A stretch of 63,985 bases of DNA, filler included, from Hausera hauseri (taxonomy: Eukaryota): the NCBI GenBank assembly GCA_046269625.1. It is 11 parts of 11 records of this genome, joined end to end, with 100 filler letters (N's around TTAATTAATTAA, not from the genome) between each part and the next. Parts side by side here need not be neighbours in the genome. Positions count along the whole stretch, not along the records: positions 21,885 to 26,646 come from JBJURY010445913.1; positions 26,747 to 33,317 come from JBJURY010085658.1; positions 33,418 to 38,062 come from JBJURY010490687.1; 8 more parts are not named here. One strand, written 5' to 3'. A program made the position numbers and the translations under genes. The notes beneath the pieces are model-generated. The model had not been told where the DNA came from. It did no database searches and saw only the letters and a list, made by a program, of their open reading frames with translations. Positions 23,448 to 36,827 of this stretch are shown one piece after another (positions within the stretch are counted from its first letter, which is position 1; each line of letters starts with the position of its first letter).

Positions 23448-23693
23448 ATGAAAGTACGAATTTATATTACTGACGGCCCTTATGGTCTTGAAAAAACAGA
23501 AATTACTGTAGAACCTGAAATACATCCAGACACATTGGAGGTTGAGCATTTTGCTCATGGATGGTATTATTTTAGGCAAACAACTTATGAGACTCGAATA
23601 GATTTTTTGGGTGCGTTCGCGACAGAACTTCAGCACGTAGACGTAGCAAACCGCTTAGAGTTTAAACTAACTGGGTGGCATTTTCAAAATTAG
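23448..23693 (+). CDS. 81-aa putative retroviral accessory protein between env and the PPT
   Basis: Starts 1 nt after the env stop (TAA-T-ATG) and ends just before the PPT; intact; no family recognised. Confidence 0.6.
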   Translation: MKVRIYITDGPYGLEKTEITVEPEIHPDTLEVEHFAHGWYYFRQTTYETRIDFLGAFATELQHVDVANRLEFKLTGWHFQN

Positions 23694-23713
23694 CCAGAAA
23701 ACCAAGGGTGGAA

Positions 23714-24365
23714 TGAATTGATAAACACGTTTTTCAATATATATGTGTTAGTTTTCTGACTATATTTCAAATGCTTTTGCTTAAATGTGCATGTGTCAGG
23801 TTTTATTCCAGCTGCCCTGGCCTTGACAGGTTTTTTTTCTCTTTCCCTGCCACTTAGGGAGTGTTTTGGGGGAGCTGAGAGGGGGGGGGAGAATGCAGCA
23901 GAAACTCTTCACACGAGATAGCAGCTTTTGGAAAAAGAAAACATGTTTTTGAGCCATCTCCTGAATGCCTGGGAGCAAAACTTGGCCCGTCTTGCGCCTC
24001 ACGCAATTCTGAGAGTTGGCGTAAGCATGCTTTTTTTTGGTAAGGGTGGGGGGAGCTGAGGTATAAAAAACACATGTTCAGTTTGAAAAAACGGAGTCTT
24101 TTGGAACCTTTCGATCGGGGTGTCTAAAACTGTTAATGTGGACCTCATTTCAACTGTGTGGCTCTCCGGTTGGTGTCAAAAGGTGAGGTTATTGTTATGC
24201 ATTAACTGATGTGAGCTATGTACATGTGTGCAAATGCTTTTGCTGGCTTTTATCTGTGGCGGAAATAAATGACACTATCATTTCTAGCAGATTAAGTCTT
24301 GTGTCCTGTCATCATTGTGCCGATTCTTTCCGATCCTGTTATTATTAAAAGAATTTCACAGAACA
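23714..24365 (+). mobile_element. LTR
   Basis: Begins TG after PPT-like GAAAACCAAGGGTGGAA; TATAAAA at 24062-24068; AATAAA at 24264-24269; ends CA (24358-24365, exact end uncertain) before the PBS. Confidence 0.8.
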
Positions 24366-24370
24366 TTAAT

Positions 24371-24388
24371 TGGCGTCACGAACAGGAT
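24371..24388 (+). promoter_or_regulatory. Primer-binding site, tRNA-Ser(CGA)
   Basis: TGGCGTCACGAACAGGAT is the complement of the vertebrate tRNA-Ser(CGA) 3' end ...ATCCTGTTCGTGACGCCA; it lies 18 nt before the gag ATG. Confidence 0.85.
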
Positions 24389-24406
24389 TAAAGAAAGAAC
24401 TGCACA

Positions 24407-26233
24407 ATGCCTTTTTTTAAGAAAAAAGAACAGACGGGGCAGTCGGATGAGAAACCGAGTGAAGTTGTGCCTGGTTGGGGGCAGTCTCCCTATCAGTTGA
24501 TAGCGTTGTGTTTGAGAGGTGCGGGCCGGCAGCCTGAACCTTGGGACGATTCTCGAGACGTGAACAGTCCAGAGGATGTTTTAACAGTGCTACAGCAGAT
24601 TGAAGTAGCAAAGAAAACACCAGTGTCTGGCTTGCGACGCCGTATGTGGGTATGTGCGACCGCATGGAAAAAGTTACACGAAGAGTGTCAGAAAAATCAA
24701 ACACAAGCTCTGCAGGATAAAAATGCGCTCCAGGAAGCGCAAAGTGCCTGCTTGTTGAACAAACAGCATATTCAGCTCCTGTCCTCACAACTCGAAAGGA
24801 TGAGTAAAGTGGCGGAGGGTGCAGTTGAGCAAGTGTCTCGATTAAAACGAGAAAAATTCAGGAAAAAGAAACGAGATGTTTCACCGAAACGAGTCAGGGC
24901 GTTTGTTGCTCAGCTAGATGCTGGATGGGATCCGTCGAGGTGGGACGGAAACATCTGGGGCGAAGAGGAAGGTGAGGAAATGGATGATGGCTGGGCAGAG
25001 GAAGAGCATGCGCCTGTTGTGACCACTAAGAAAAATGTGAAACCTGTTAGAAGACGGAGGAAAGAACAGAATGTGTTGCCAGATATGAGGCAGGAAAGGA
25101 GAGATGTGAATAACGTACCTATTGTGGATATGGAAGGAAATCCAATATGGGACATGGTCCCGCAGCAACAGCCTCAGGCAGAGTTAAAAGTAATAACAGA
25201 GGATTATACTCAAGAAGAAGTTGCTTATTTGTCTAAAAGATATAAGCAGTTGCCGGGTGAGCCTCTTGATGCTTGGCTGGTGAGGCTGCTGGACGAGGGA
25301 GCTGTCCAGGTGGAGGTAGATGTGGGAGATGGAATGTCTTTTGCTGGTTTGTCCACTAACCCAAGCATAAATACAAACTACCGTGCAGAAATCCGGGCTA
25401 TGGCTCCTAACACCGCAAACAACTTGTTTCAGGTCTATGCTGATTCTGTTTTACAAATGTATCCGGGAACTTCTGACTGGCCTGAGATAAAAGGCAATTG
25501 GTTAACATTGAAAGAGTGTAATGCTCTATTGACACGCATGTGTATGAGGGAAGCTGTGTCTCTGCGGGCAGGGCATGACTACCTGGCACTGGAAGTCCCC
25601 AAATCGGTGAGAGACCACATTATTCAGACCGCACCTGTTCATTATCGATCCGCTCTGCTAGCTGTGATAATGGGAGCACCTCAGGTTCCTGCTTTTGAAA
25701 TGAGAGAGCGAATCATGGAGCTGAGTACGCTCGGCGAGTGGGGCCCAGACAGATCAGAACAGCGAGAAAGGTTTCAGAGTCAACCACAGGCTCGCGGGCC
25801 CAGCAGGGACGGTGGTAATAAACAGGGACCACCGCGAGCTGCCTATTGGCGAGCTTTGATACAATCAGGAGTGGCCCCAAAAGACATCGATGGTCTGCCT
25901 ACTGAAGAGTTAAAGGCCAGATGTCAGAGGAAAGGGCTCCAGGTGCATTGTGCTGGGTTTGACATGACTGGGCTCACGCGAGCTCTCTCAGATGTGCTCA
26001 GATCCGCTTCAGCTCCGGTCGCTCCTAAATCTGAGCAGCAGTGGGTGTTTCACCGACAGGGAAGCAGGCAGAAAGATGGTGATGAGTCAGAGGAGGGAGA
26101 AGAATCCTCCACTGATGAGGTGCAGCAGGTCAGAGTTGTAAAGCAGAAGCATAAGGGGAAGAAAAACAAACCTAAGAAAGAACACAGAAACAGACTTTAC
26201 CCTGACCTTGATGACTTGTTGAGCTTCGAATAG
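24407..26233 (+). CDS. gag: Class III (ERV-L/ERV-S-like) Gag, intact 608 aa
   Basis: PGW..SPYQLIA N-terminus, coiled coil, WDP..WDGNIW, and DYTQEEVAYLSKRYKQLPGEPLDAWLVRLLDEGA (ERV-L-type capsid motif); no CCHC knuckle. Confidence 0.85.
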   Translation: MPFFKKKEQTGQSDEKPSEVVPGWGQSPYQLIALCLRGAGRQPEPWDDSRDVNSPEDVLTVLQQIEVAKKTPVSGLRRRMWVCATAWKKLHEECQKNQTQALQDKNALQEAQSACLLNKQHIQLLSSQLERMSKVAEGAVEQVSRLKREKFRKKKRDVSPKRVRAFVAQLDAGWDPSRWDGNIWGEEEGEEMDDGWAEEEHAPVVTTKKNVKPVRRRRKEQNVLPDMRQERRDVNNVPIVDMEGNPIWDMVPQQQPQAELKVITEDYTQEEVAYLSKRYKQLPGEPLDAWLVRLLDEGAVQVEVDVGDGMSFAGLSTNPSINTNYRAEIRAMAPNTANNLFQVYADSVLQMYPGTSDWPEIKGNWLTLKECNALLTRMCMREAVSLRAGHDYLALEVPKSVRDHIIQTAPVHYRSALLAVIMGAPQVPAFEMRERIMELSTLGEWGPDRSEQRERFQSQPQARGPSRDGGNKQGPPRAAYWRALIQSGVAPKDIDGLPTEELKARCQRKGLQVHCAGFDMTGLTRALSDVLRSASAPVAPKSEQQWVFHRQGSRQKDGDESEEGEESSTDEVQQVRVVKQKHKGKKNKPKKEHRNRLYPDLDDLLSFE

Positions 26234-26460
26234 GGAGCAGGCAGAGCCCCGGAAATCAGGATTGCTAAAAATAGAAATGTGCAGAAAGTGTTGGCCCTTG
26301 TAGACACCGGGGCGGAAGCCACACTTATTCATGGCAATCCGAATAAAATAAAAGGAGCAGTGGTTCCCCTCTCAGGCTTGGGAGGAGACATGATTTTTGG
26401 AAAAACTTTGACTTTAAAATAGATAACATGCCTGTGAAGACATTTTATGTACTAGTGACC
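26234..26460 (+). pseudogene. pro: Protease fragment in frame after the gag amber stop; rest of pol absent
   Basis: TAG-GGA... reads GAGRAPEIRIAKNRNVQKVLALVDTGAEATLIHGNP...LSGLGG to a TAG at 26420-26422. A shifted frame continues KIDNMPVKTFYVLV, then AT-rich non-coding DNA follows. Confidence 0.85.
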
Positions 26461-26746
26461 CATCCTTGTAAATATGCAAATCAGATGTTCACAATGAAAT
26501 GTTTAGAAATATCCTGTTGGGAAAATAGATGCTAAATCTTTATAATAGATGTCAAAATCCCTTTTGTTTTATTTTGACATATTTTAGGTTTGTCAAAAGA
26601 GAGGGAATTGAAGAGATTTTATTGATGATTAACTAAATGTTACATGNNNNNNNNNNNNNNNNNNNNNNNNNNNNNNNNNNNNNNNNNNNNTTAATTAATT
26701 AANNNNNNNNNNNNNNNNNNNNNNNNNNNNNNNNNNNNNNNNNNNN

Positions 26747-29700
26747 GTGATATCATGAATTTAATCACGTGACTTCGCGAGACCAATAACGTGACATCAT
26801 GTGATAACATGTGTTTATTCCCCTGACATCACGAGATCAATCACGTTACATCACGTTATATCATGAATTTAATCACTTGACATCGCGAGATCAATCGCGT
26901 AACATCATGTGATATAATGCATTTAATCACGTGACATCGCGAGATCAATCACGTGATATCACGTTATATCATGAATTTAATCACTTGACATCGCGAGATC
27001 AATCACGTGACATCATGTGATATCATGAATTTAATCACGTGACTTCGCGAGACCAATAACGTGACATCATGTGATAACATGTGTTTATTCCCCAGACTTC
27101 ACGAGAGAAAATCACGATACATCACGTTATATCATGAATTTAATCACTTGACATAGCGAGACCAATCACGTTACATCATGTGATAACATGTGTTTATTCC
27201 CCTGACATCACGAGGTCAATCGCATGACATCACGTGATATCATGAGATTGACAACGTGACATCGCGAGATCTATCACGTGACATCATGTGACCAATCACG
27301 TGATATCATGTGATATCACGAGTTAAATCACTTGTTATCGCGAAGTCAATCACGTGACATCATGTGACTAATCACGTGACATCTCTTGATATCATGAGTT
27401 CAATAACGTGACATCGAGAAATCAATCATGTGACGTCATCTGACCAATCCCGTGACATCACGTGATATCACAGGTTCAATCACGCGACTTTACTGGACAA
27501 TCGCATGATATCACGTGATCTCATGAGTTTAATCTCGTGAAATCGCGAGATCAATCACGGAACATCATGTGACCAATCACGTGACATCACGTGACATTAT
27601 GACTTTAATCACGTGACATCGCGAGGTCAGACACGTGACATCGTGTGACTATTCACGTGACATCTCTTGCTATCATGAGTTTAATCACGTTACATCGCGA
27701 GATCAATCACGTGACATCATGTGACCACTCTCGTGACATCACATGATATCGCAGGTACAATCGCGCGACATTACTGCACCAATCACGTGATATCACGTGA
27801 TCTCATGAGTTTAATCACGTGACATCGCGAGATCAATCACGTGACATCATGTGACTAATCACGTGACATCACGTGATATCATGAGTTTAATCACGTGACT
27901 TCGCGAGATCAAATACGTGACATCATGTGACCAATCACGTGATATCACGTGATCTCATGAGTTTAATCACATGACATCGCGATATTAATCACGTGACATC
28001 ATGTAACCAATCACATGACATCACTTGATATCATGAGTTTAATGACGTGACATCGCGAGATCAATCACGTAACATCATGTGACCAATCACGTGACATCAC
28101 GTGATATTATGTGATTATTCACGTGACTTCACGAAAGCAATCACGTGACTTCATCTGACCAATCACGTGACATCACGGAATATGATCAATTTGATCACGT
28201 GTCATTGTGATATCAATCACGTAACATCATTTGACCAATCATGTGACATTACGTGATATCATGAGTTAGTCACGTGATATCGCGAGATCAATCACGTGAC
28301 ATCATGTGATATCATGAATTTAATCACTTGACATCACTAGATCAATCACGTGACATCACGTGACCAATCACGTGACGTCACGTGATATCATGAGTTAGTA
28401 ACTTGACATCGCGAGAACAATCACGTGACATCATGTGACCAATCACGTGACATCACGTGATATCATGAATTAAATCACGTTACGTCGCGAGATCAATCAC
28501 GTGACAACATGTGATATCATGAAATTAATCACTTGACATCACGAGATCAATCACGTAACATCATCTGATTAATCACGTGATATCACGGAATATGATCAGT
28601 TTGATCAGGTCTCATTGCGATATCAATCACGTGACATCATGTGGCCAATCACGTGACATCACGTGATATCATGAATTTAATCACGTGACTTCGCGAGATC
28701 AATCACGTGACATCATGTGACCAATCACGTAATATCACCTGATCTCACGAATTTAATCACGTTTCATCGCGAGTTCAATCACGTGACATCATGTGACCAA
28801 TCTCGTTAGCTCACGTTATATCGCGGTTTCAATCATGTGACATTACTGGACCAATCACGAGACATCACTTGATATCATAAATTTATTCACGTGTCGTCGC
28901 GAGATCAATCACGTGACATCATGTGACCAATCTCGTGACATTACGTGATATCATGTGTTTATTCACGTGACTTCACGAGAGCAATCACGTTACATCACGT
29001 GATAACATGAGATTAATCACGTGACATCACGAGATCAATCACGTGACATCATGTGACCAATCATGTGACATCACATTATATCATGTGTTTATTCACGTGA
29101 CTTCACGAGAGCAATCACGTGACATCACGTGATATCATGAGTTTAGTAACGTGACATCGCGGGATCAATCACGTGACATCATCTGACCAATCACGTGACG
29201 TCACGTGATATCATGAGTTAGTCACGTAACATCGCGAGATCAATTATGTGACATCATGTGACCAATCTCGTTACATCACGTGATATCGCGGGTTCAATCA
29301 CGTGACATCATGTGAACAATCACGTGACATCACATGATATCATGTGTTTATTCAAGTGACTTCACGAGAGAAATTACGTTACATCACCTGATAACATGAG
29401 ATTAATCACGTGACATCACGAGGTCAATCACGTGACGTTACGGGACAAATCACGTGACGTCATGTGATATCATGAGTTTAATTACGTGACATCGCGAGAT
29501 CAATCACGTGAAATCAGGTTATATCATGAATTTAATCACGTGACATGGCGAGACCAATCACGTGACATCATGTGATAACATGTGTGTATTCCCCTGACAT
29601 CACGAGATCAATCACGTGACATCACGTGATATCAAGAGTTTATTCACGTGACTTTACGGAAGCAATCAACTTACATCACTTGATAATATGAGATTAATCA

Positions 29701-32700
29701 TGTGGCATCACGAGATCAATCACGTGAAGTCATCTGACCAATCACGTGACATCACGTGATATCATGAGTTTGATCACGTGACTTCGCGAGATTAATCACG
29801 TGATATCATGACACCAATCGCGTGATATCACGTGATCTGAATAGTTTAATCACGTGACATCGCGAGATCAATCACGTGACATCATGTGATTAATCGCGTG
29901 ACATCACGTGATATCAGGAGTATAATCACGTGACTTCGCGAGACCAATCACGTGACATCATGGCACTAATCACGTGATATCACGTGATCTCATGAGTTAA
30001 ATCACATGACATCGCGAGATCAAACACGTGACATCATGTGACCAATCACGTGACATCACTTGATATCATGATTTTAATCACGTGATATCGCGAGATCAAT
30101 CACGTGACATCATGTGAGCAATCACGTGACATCACTTTATATCTTGAGTTTAATCACGTGATATCGCGAGAAAAGTCACGTTCCATCATGTGACCAATCT
30201 CGTGACATCATGCGATATCGCGGGTTCAATCACGTGACATTACTGGACCAATCACGAGAAATCACGTGATATCATGAGTTTAATCACGTGACATCGCGAG
30301 ATCTATTACGTGACATCATGTGACCAATCACGTGACATCATGTGATATCATCTGTTTATTCACGTGACTTCACGAGAGCAATCACGTTACATCACGTGAT
30401 AACATGAGATTAATCACGGGACATCACGAGATCAATTTTGTGACGTTACGGGACAAATCAAGTAACGTCATGTGATATCATGAGTTTAGTAACGTGACAT
30501 CGCAAAGTCAATTACGTAACATCATATGACCAATAACGTGACGTCACGTGATATCATGAGTTAATCACTTGACATCGCGACATCAATCACGTGACATCAC
30601 GTTATATCATGAATGTAATCACTTGACATCGCGAGATCAATCACGTGATGTCACGTGATATCATAAATTTATTCACGTAACATCGCGACATCAGTCACGT
30701 CACATCACGTTATATCATGAATTTAATCACTTGACATCGCGAGATCAATCACGTAACGTCACGTGATATCACGAATTTAATCACGTGACATCGCGAGACC
30801 AATCACGTGACATCATGTGACTAATCACGTGACAGCACGTGATATCATGAATTTAATCACGTAACATCGCAATATCAATTACGTGACATCATGTGACTAA
30901 ACACGTGACATCACGTGATATCATGAGTTTAATTACGTGACTTCTCGAGATCAATCACGTGACATCATGACACCAATCACGTGACATCACTTGATATCAT
31001 GATTTTAATCACGTGACATCGCGAGATCAATCACGTGACATCATGTGACCAATCACGTGACATCACGTGATATCATCTGTTTATTCACGTGACTTCACGA
31101 GACCAATAACGTTACATCACGTGATAACATGAGATTAATCACGTGACATCACGAGATCAATTACGTGACATGATGTGTAACATGTGTTTATTCCGCGGAC
31201 ATCACGAGATCAATCACGTTACATCACGTGATAACGTGAGATTATTCACGTGATATCAAAAGATCAATCACATGACATCATCCGACCAATCACGTGACAT
31301 CACTTGATATCATGAATTTAATTACGTGACTTCAAGAGAGCAATCACGTGACATCATGTGACCAATCACGTCACATCACGAGATCAATTACGTGACGTGA
31401 TGTGATAACATGTGTTTATTCCGCGGACATCACGAGATCAATTACGTTACATCACGTGATAACATGAGATTAATCACGTGACATCACGAGATCAATTACG
31501 TGACATGATGTGATAACATGTGCTTATTCCGCGGACATCACGAGATCAATCACGTTACATCACGTGATAACGTGAGATTAATCACGTGACATCGCGAGAT
31601 CAGTCAAGTGACATCATGTGACCAATCACGAGACATGACTTGATATCATGAATTTAATTACGTGACTTCAGGAGAGCAATCACGTGACATCACTTGATAT
31701 CATGAGTTTAATCACGTGACATCGCGAGATCAATCACGTGACATCATGTGACCGATCACGAGACATCACTTGATATCATGAATTTAATTACGTGAATTCA
31801 GGAGAGCAATCACGTGACATTACTGGACCAATCACGTGACATCATGTGACCTATTACGTAACATCACTTAATATAATGAGTTTATTCACGTAACTTAACA
31901 AGAGCAATCACGTTACATCACGTTATAACATGAAATTAATCACGTGATATCACGAGATCAATCACGTGACATTAGTGGACCAATCTCGTGACATCACGTG
32001 ATATCGCGGGTTCAATCACGTGACATTACTGGACCAATCACGTGACATCATGTGATATTATGAGTTTAGTAACGTGACATCGCTAGATCAATCACCTGAC
32101 TTTACGGACCAATCGAGCGACGTCATGTGATATCATGAGTTTAGTAACGCGACTTCTCGAGTTCAATTACGTGACATAATGTGTCCAATCACTTGACATC
32201 ACGTGATATCATGAGTTTATTCACGTGATTTCACGTAAGCAATCACGTTACATCACGTTATATCATGAATTTAATCACTTGATATCGCGAGATAAATCGC
32301 TTGACATCACGTGATATCATGAGTTTATTCACGTAACTTCACTAGAGCAATAACGTCACATAACGTTATATCATGAATTTAATCACGTGACATCGCGAGA
32401 CCAATCACGTTACATTATATGATAACATGTGTTTATTCCCCTGACATCACGAGATCAATCACATGACATCACGTAATATCATGAGATTGACAGCGTGACA
32501 TCGCGAGATCAATCACGTGACATCATGTGACCAATCACGTGACGTCACGTGATATCATGAGTTAGTAACTTGACATCTCGAGAACAATCACGTGATATCA
32601 TGTGACCAATTACGTGACATCACGTGATATCATGAGTTAAATCACTTGATATCGCGAGATCAATTACGTGACATCATGTGACCGATCACGAGACATCACT

Positions 32701-33317
32701 TGATATCATGAATTTAATTACGTGACTTCAGGAGAGCAATCACGTGACATCATGTGACCAATCACGTGACATCACTTGATATCATGAATTTAATCACTTT
32801 ACATCGCGACATCAATCAGGTGACATCATGTGATATCATAAATTTAGTCACGTGACATCGCGAGACCAATAACGTGACATCATGTGATAACATATGTTTA
32901 TTCCCCTGACATCAAGAGATCAATCACGTGACAACATGTGATATCATGAATTTAATCACTTGACATCGCTAGATCAATCACGTGACATCACGTGACCAAT
33001 CACGTGACGTAACGTGATATCATGACTTAGTAACTTGACATCGCATGAACAATCACGTGACATCATGTGAATAATCACGTGACATCACGTGATATCATGA
33101 ATTAAATCACGTGACGTCGCGAGATCAATCACGTGACATCATGTGACCAATCACGTAACATCACTTGGTATCATGAGTTTAATCACGTGACATCGCGAGA
33201 TCAATCACGTGATATCATGTGACCAATCACGTGACGTCAGGTGATATCGCGGGTTCAATCACGTGACATTACTGGACCAATCACGTGACATCATGTGATA
33301 TTATGAGTTTAGTAACG
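26747..33317. repeat. Satellite built from palindromic ATCACGTGA(C/T) monomers
   Basis: Whole contig. Recurring blocks ATCACGTGAC-ATCACGTGAT-ATCATGAGTTTA (32 bp), ATCACGTGAC-ATCGCGAGATCA (22 bp) and ATCACGTGAC-ATCATGTGACCA (22 bp); no ORF of 60 aa or more in the track. Confidence 0.97.
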
Positions 33318-36300
33318 NNNNNNNNNNNNNNNNNNNNNNNNNNNNNNNNNNNNNNNNNNNNTTAATTAATTAANNNNNNNNNNNNNNNNNNNNNNNNNNN
33401 NNNNNNNNNNNNNNNNNAATATTTGATTTAATATATCTAGTCATCAGCCTCCATCACTACACCCTAACAAGCGGTTACTCGTCTTCTCTAACAGTCGCTA
33501 TCTAACTACCCATTAACTCAGTCTTTTACGAGACCATCTATACATAAGCAAACATGCATAATCTCTTCATTTGAATCTGATTTTATACGCAAAATATACT
33601 TCAATTTTCATCCACTCATTGAGGCTAACCATAGTCTTTCAATTATTCTCATCGGTTAACGTTATTTATTTTCATCTCCATTAAGATTTTGAACTATTCT
33701 TATAACGAATAACTATTTCTTTCACCTAGAAATTATTAATAAGGGAATTCATATATTTAGCGAGTTATGTTCTTTATTGTGACACGATCATTCATAAATA
33801 AAACAATATCCATTGGTCTAAGCCGTTTATTCATAAATAAAATTCAACTGTTTCAATTTTTTCATTAAAAATAAAACTAGAAATATATTTTCAATGTATT
33901 GCTTGTACTTAGTATCCATATGAAACAACGAAGCATAATCGATTCTCGTCAGAACAATGAACCTCTAAAGTGTGATTATTCAAGTCTTCAAATAACAAAC
34001 ACCAAAACAAAATCGACTCAATCATAACAGTCATTCAAAATTATCAAACCAGTAACAAGGTCTTCTACGTTGTTTTCTTTAATGTAAAGGAACATATTCG
34101 ATTACGACTCATCGGTCTCTCTGCATCACAGTCCACTCAATGAAGTATTTACTAGAGTTTAAATATCAACCAGCTATTTTATACTTAGTAAGAATAATCA
34201 TACTGTTTCATTCCCTCTCACATATGATCTTCCATCTTATCTTTCCTTGACACTCATATTGCCTTATGACCTCTCAAGCATCATCCGTAGGTTTTATTGT
34301 TAGGCGATTTGTATTCACCGGGAAATTTATCTAATCATGAATCCGTTGGGGCTTTTATTTAACTACTTATCCTTTGTGAAGTATATTTAATTAGGATCGT
34401 ATGTGCTTTATATACTCATCAAGTTCACCAGTAATGTACATCATCACTTTTCCACTTATAGGCAATTTCGAATAGGGATCCATACTCTCGATATAAATCA
34501 TTGTACGATGGGCGGTTAATTCGACCGTTACGGGGCTGTCTATTCGTGTTTACAAAAGTACATCCGCTTCAATTAAATATTTTTATCAAAATGAACCATT
34601 TTCACGTAGTTCTTACTCTAAGATTGATCATAATAAGCTCCCGTAACCTTTCTTTAAAGTTACTACTGAAAGTAATGTCATATATTTCTATCTGATTAAG
34701 GTCGACGCTACAATCATACATAGATGTAAATGGGACAATATCAATTTACCGAAAACAGACCAATACTATGATAAATCTACCAGTTGAACAGAATCAAATA
34801 TGTATCAATTATAATTCTTATATTTATAGTCTTATATAAAGTAACTATGCAGAATCGGTTCAGGACAAGGTGGCAAATTTAGAAGCAAACTGATGCATCA
34901 ATCTCACCAGTCACTCAAAACCAAGGATAATCATAATTTGACATCATCAAGATATATATAATAAGCAATTATAACAATTTATTAATTAGCCATGGGTCAA
35001 CAAAGTTATGGTACAATGTAATAGTCAATTATTCAAAGTCATGAAATGATTGGTAAATTTCCCCAGCTTATCTTCTTTATTGAAATATATCGCCATTTAT
35101 CATAATTCCACCGTTTTCTCTTATTACACTTCAAGCAAGGGTCAAACATTCGTCAAAGTAAGAGTACTAATTATTCTCCATTTTTAACTTTATGCCACAA
35201 GAACAATCATCTTGTTCTCCTTCAATCACCATTCCCTCCATTTCATACAACTTCTAACTTACTCTCATTTTCTAGCACATTCGTCATTATCTTTCACCAT
35301 GCAATTTGTTTACACCGATATCTGCTGACTATGCTTTAGAGTCTGTAAGAGAGCATATTTCCGTATGCCTCTCGGAATCCATCAACACGAGAGATCTTTT
35401 ATTCTAAAGACTCCGTCTCCATTGTGGCGTAATGTAGTCTGAGTTCATCACTCTTCGGAGTAATAACACGACCCGTTCAATTTCATCAAGTCCGTTTACA
35501 TGATCCATCTTTCAAATCCAATAACCGATTCGGTTAGGGATACCTGTGTTATTTAACTTGGCAAACGTTTATTATAATACAAATAGGTACAAATGAAAAT
35601 ATAAAAGAGCGGCAATCATTTAACAACTATAATTTAAAAATCAAATCCATCATTACCTTGGATCTCCTCTGTTTGTCGGAAACGATCAGATTGTTCGGCC
35701 ATGATAATAATTAACGTTATTCACTAGTCGATAAATATTATTCGTAGATTCTGTCAACACGTCTATCTTCTTAATCCGCGTAATATTTAATCAATCAATA
35801 TATTAGAGTTTCGTCTTTCTGTATCAAGTTCTGAATTCTATTTTTTAAAAGGAATCATTAATAACAACAGTTCACTGTACCTGTTGTCACAAAATATATA
35901 TGTTCTTCGCACTTCTAAAATTATTTCTTTCGAATTTTTATTGTTAGCGAGCTTGTGTTTTTGCTGAAATGATCGGCTTATATACCGATCCAATGTTTGT
36001 CCATTGATTTCAACAGTGTTTGCTTATCTATTTCATAAATTGAATTTTAAGTTGTTCTGTCAATACCATTTGTGTTTTCAAGTGAATTTTAAATTGGATT
36101 TCGTGTGGGTTGTGTATTTTTCAATTTTGTGATATTTATTTTCTAAAATGGATTTTAATATCACCTTTCGAATTTGTTCTGTTTATGTCAACATGTTACT
36201 TCAATATTCTCTTTATTCCTCCAATAATTAATATTTCAATTGCAATTCTCTGCAATATTCTTAATATTATAAATTACCTATTGATAATTGCCGCATATGG

Positions 36301-36827
36301 TTAACAATACACCAATACTCCACAGATACTATAAAAATGACCATTAAGGGTCTCAACAGTTTAATTGTTGAAGTGAAATGAAACAGATAAAACAAAGAAA
36401 AGTATAATTTCGAATATCAAATATACAAAATTAAATCAGAGTTCTTGTTGATAAATACAGTGTTAAATGTAAAAGAGTTGAACCGAATTTAATAATTGAA
36501 AAGGAAAGAATCTACAAATGTATTTTGATGTCAGTAATGTACAATAATGTTTTTTAAAGTTATCGCGAACCATCAAATATTGTCATTGTCAATCGACTAT
36601 GTTCAGCGTTATGTCATGAGGTTCTATCACGAAGTCCACCATAATCAACCTCAGCACTGCCACATTTTATTGAAATCATTGTCAGACATCCCAATAATAT
36701 TTCTTGTAAGTTTGAAAAGCATTTTAACCTAAATTCATTGAACCAATATAAATTTAAATAAATAATTTTCATTGTTAAAAATTTACCATTTCAACTTTCT
36801 GATAGATTATTAATCATACACAATTGA

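Larger units (their letters stand above)
21885..26646 (+). mobile_element. Circularly assembled pol-deficient class III endogenous retrovirus (unit 4,685 bp)
   Basis: 21885-21961 is identical to 26570-26646 (77 bp). Rotated order: LTR, PBS, gag, partial pro, env, small ORF, PPT. Confidence 0.88.

Noticed and set aside
26747-33317. CRISPR-like appearance of the repeat array
   Set aside because: No unique spacers, no cas genes and a eukaryotic context; it is a satellite.
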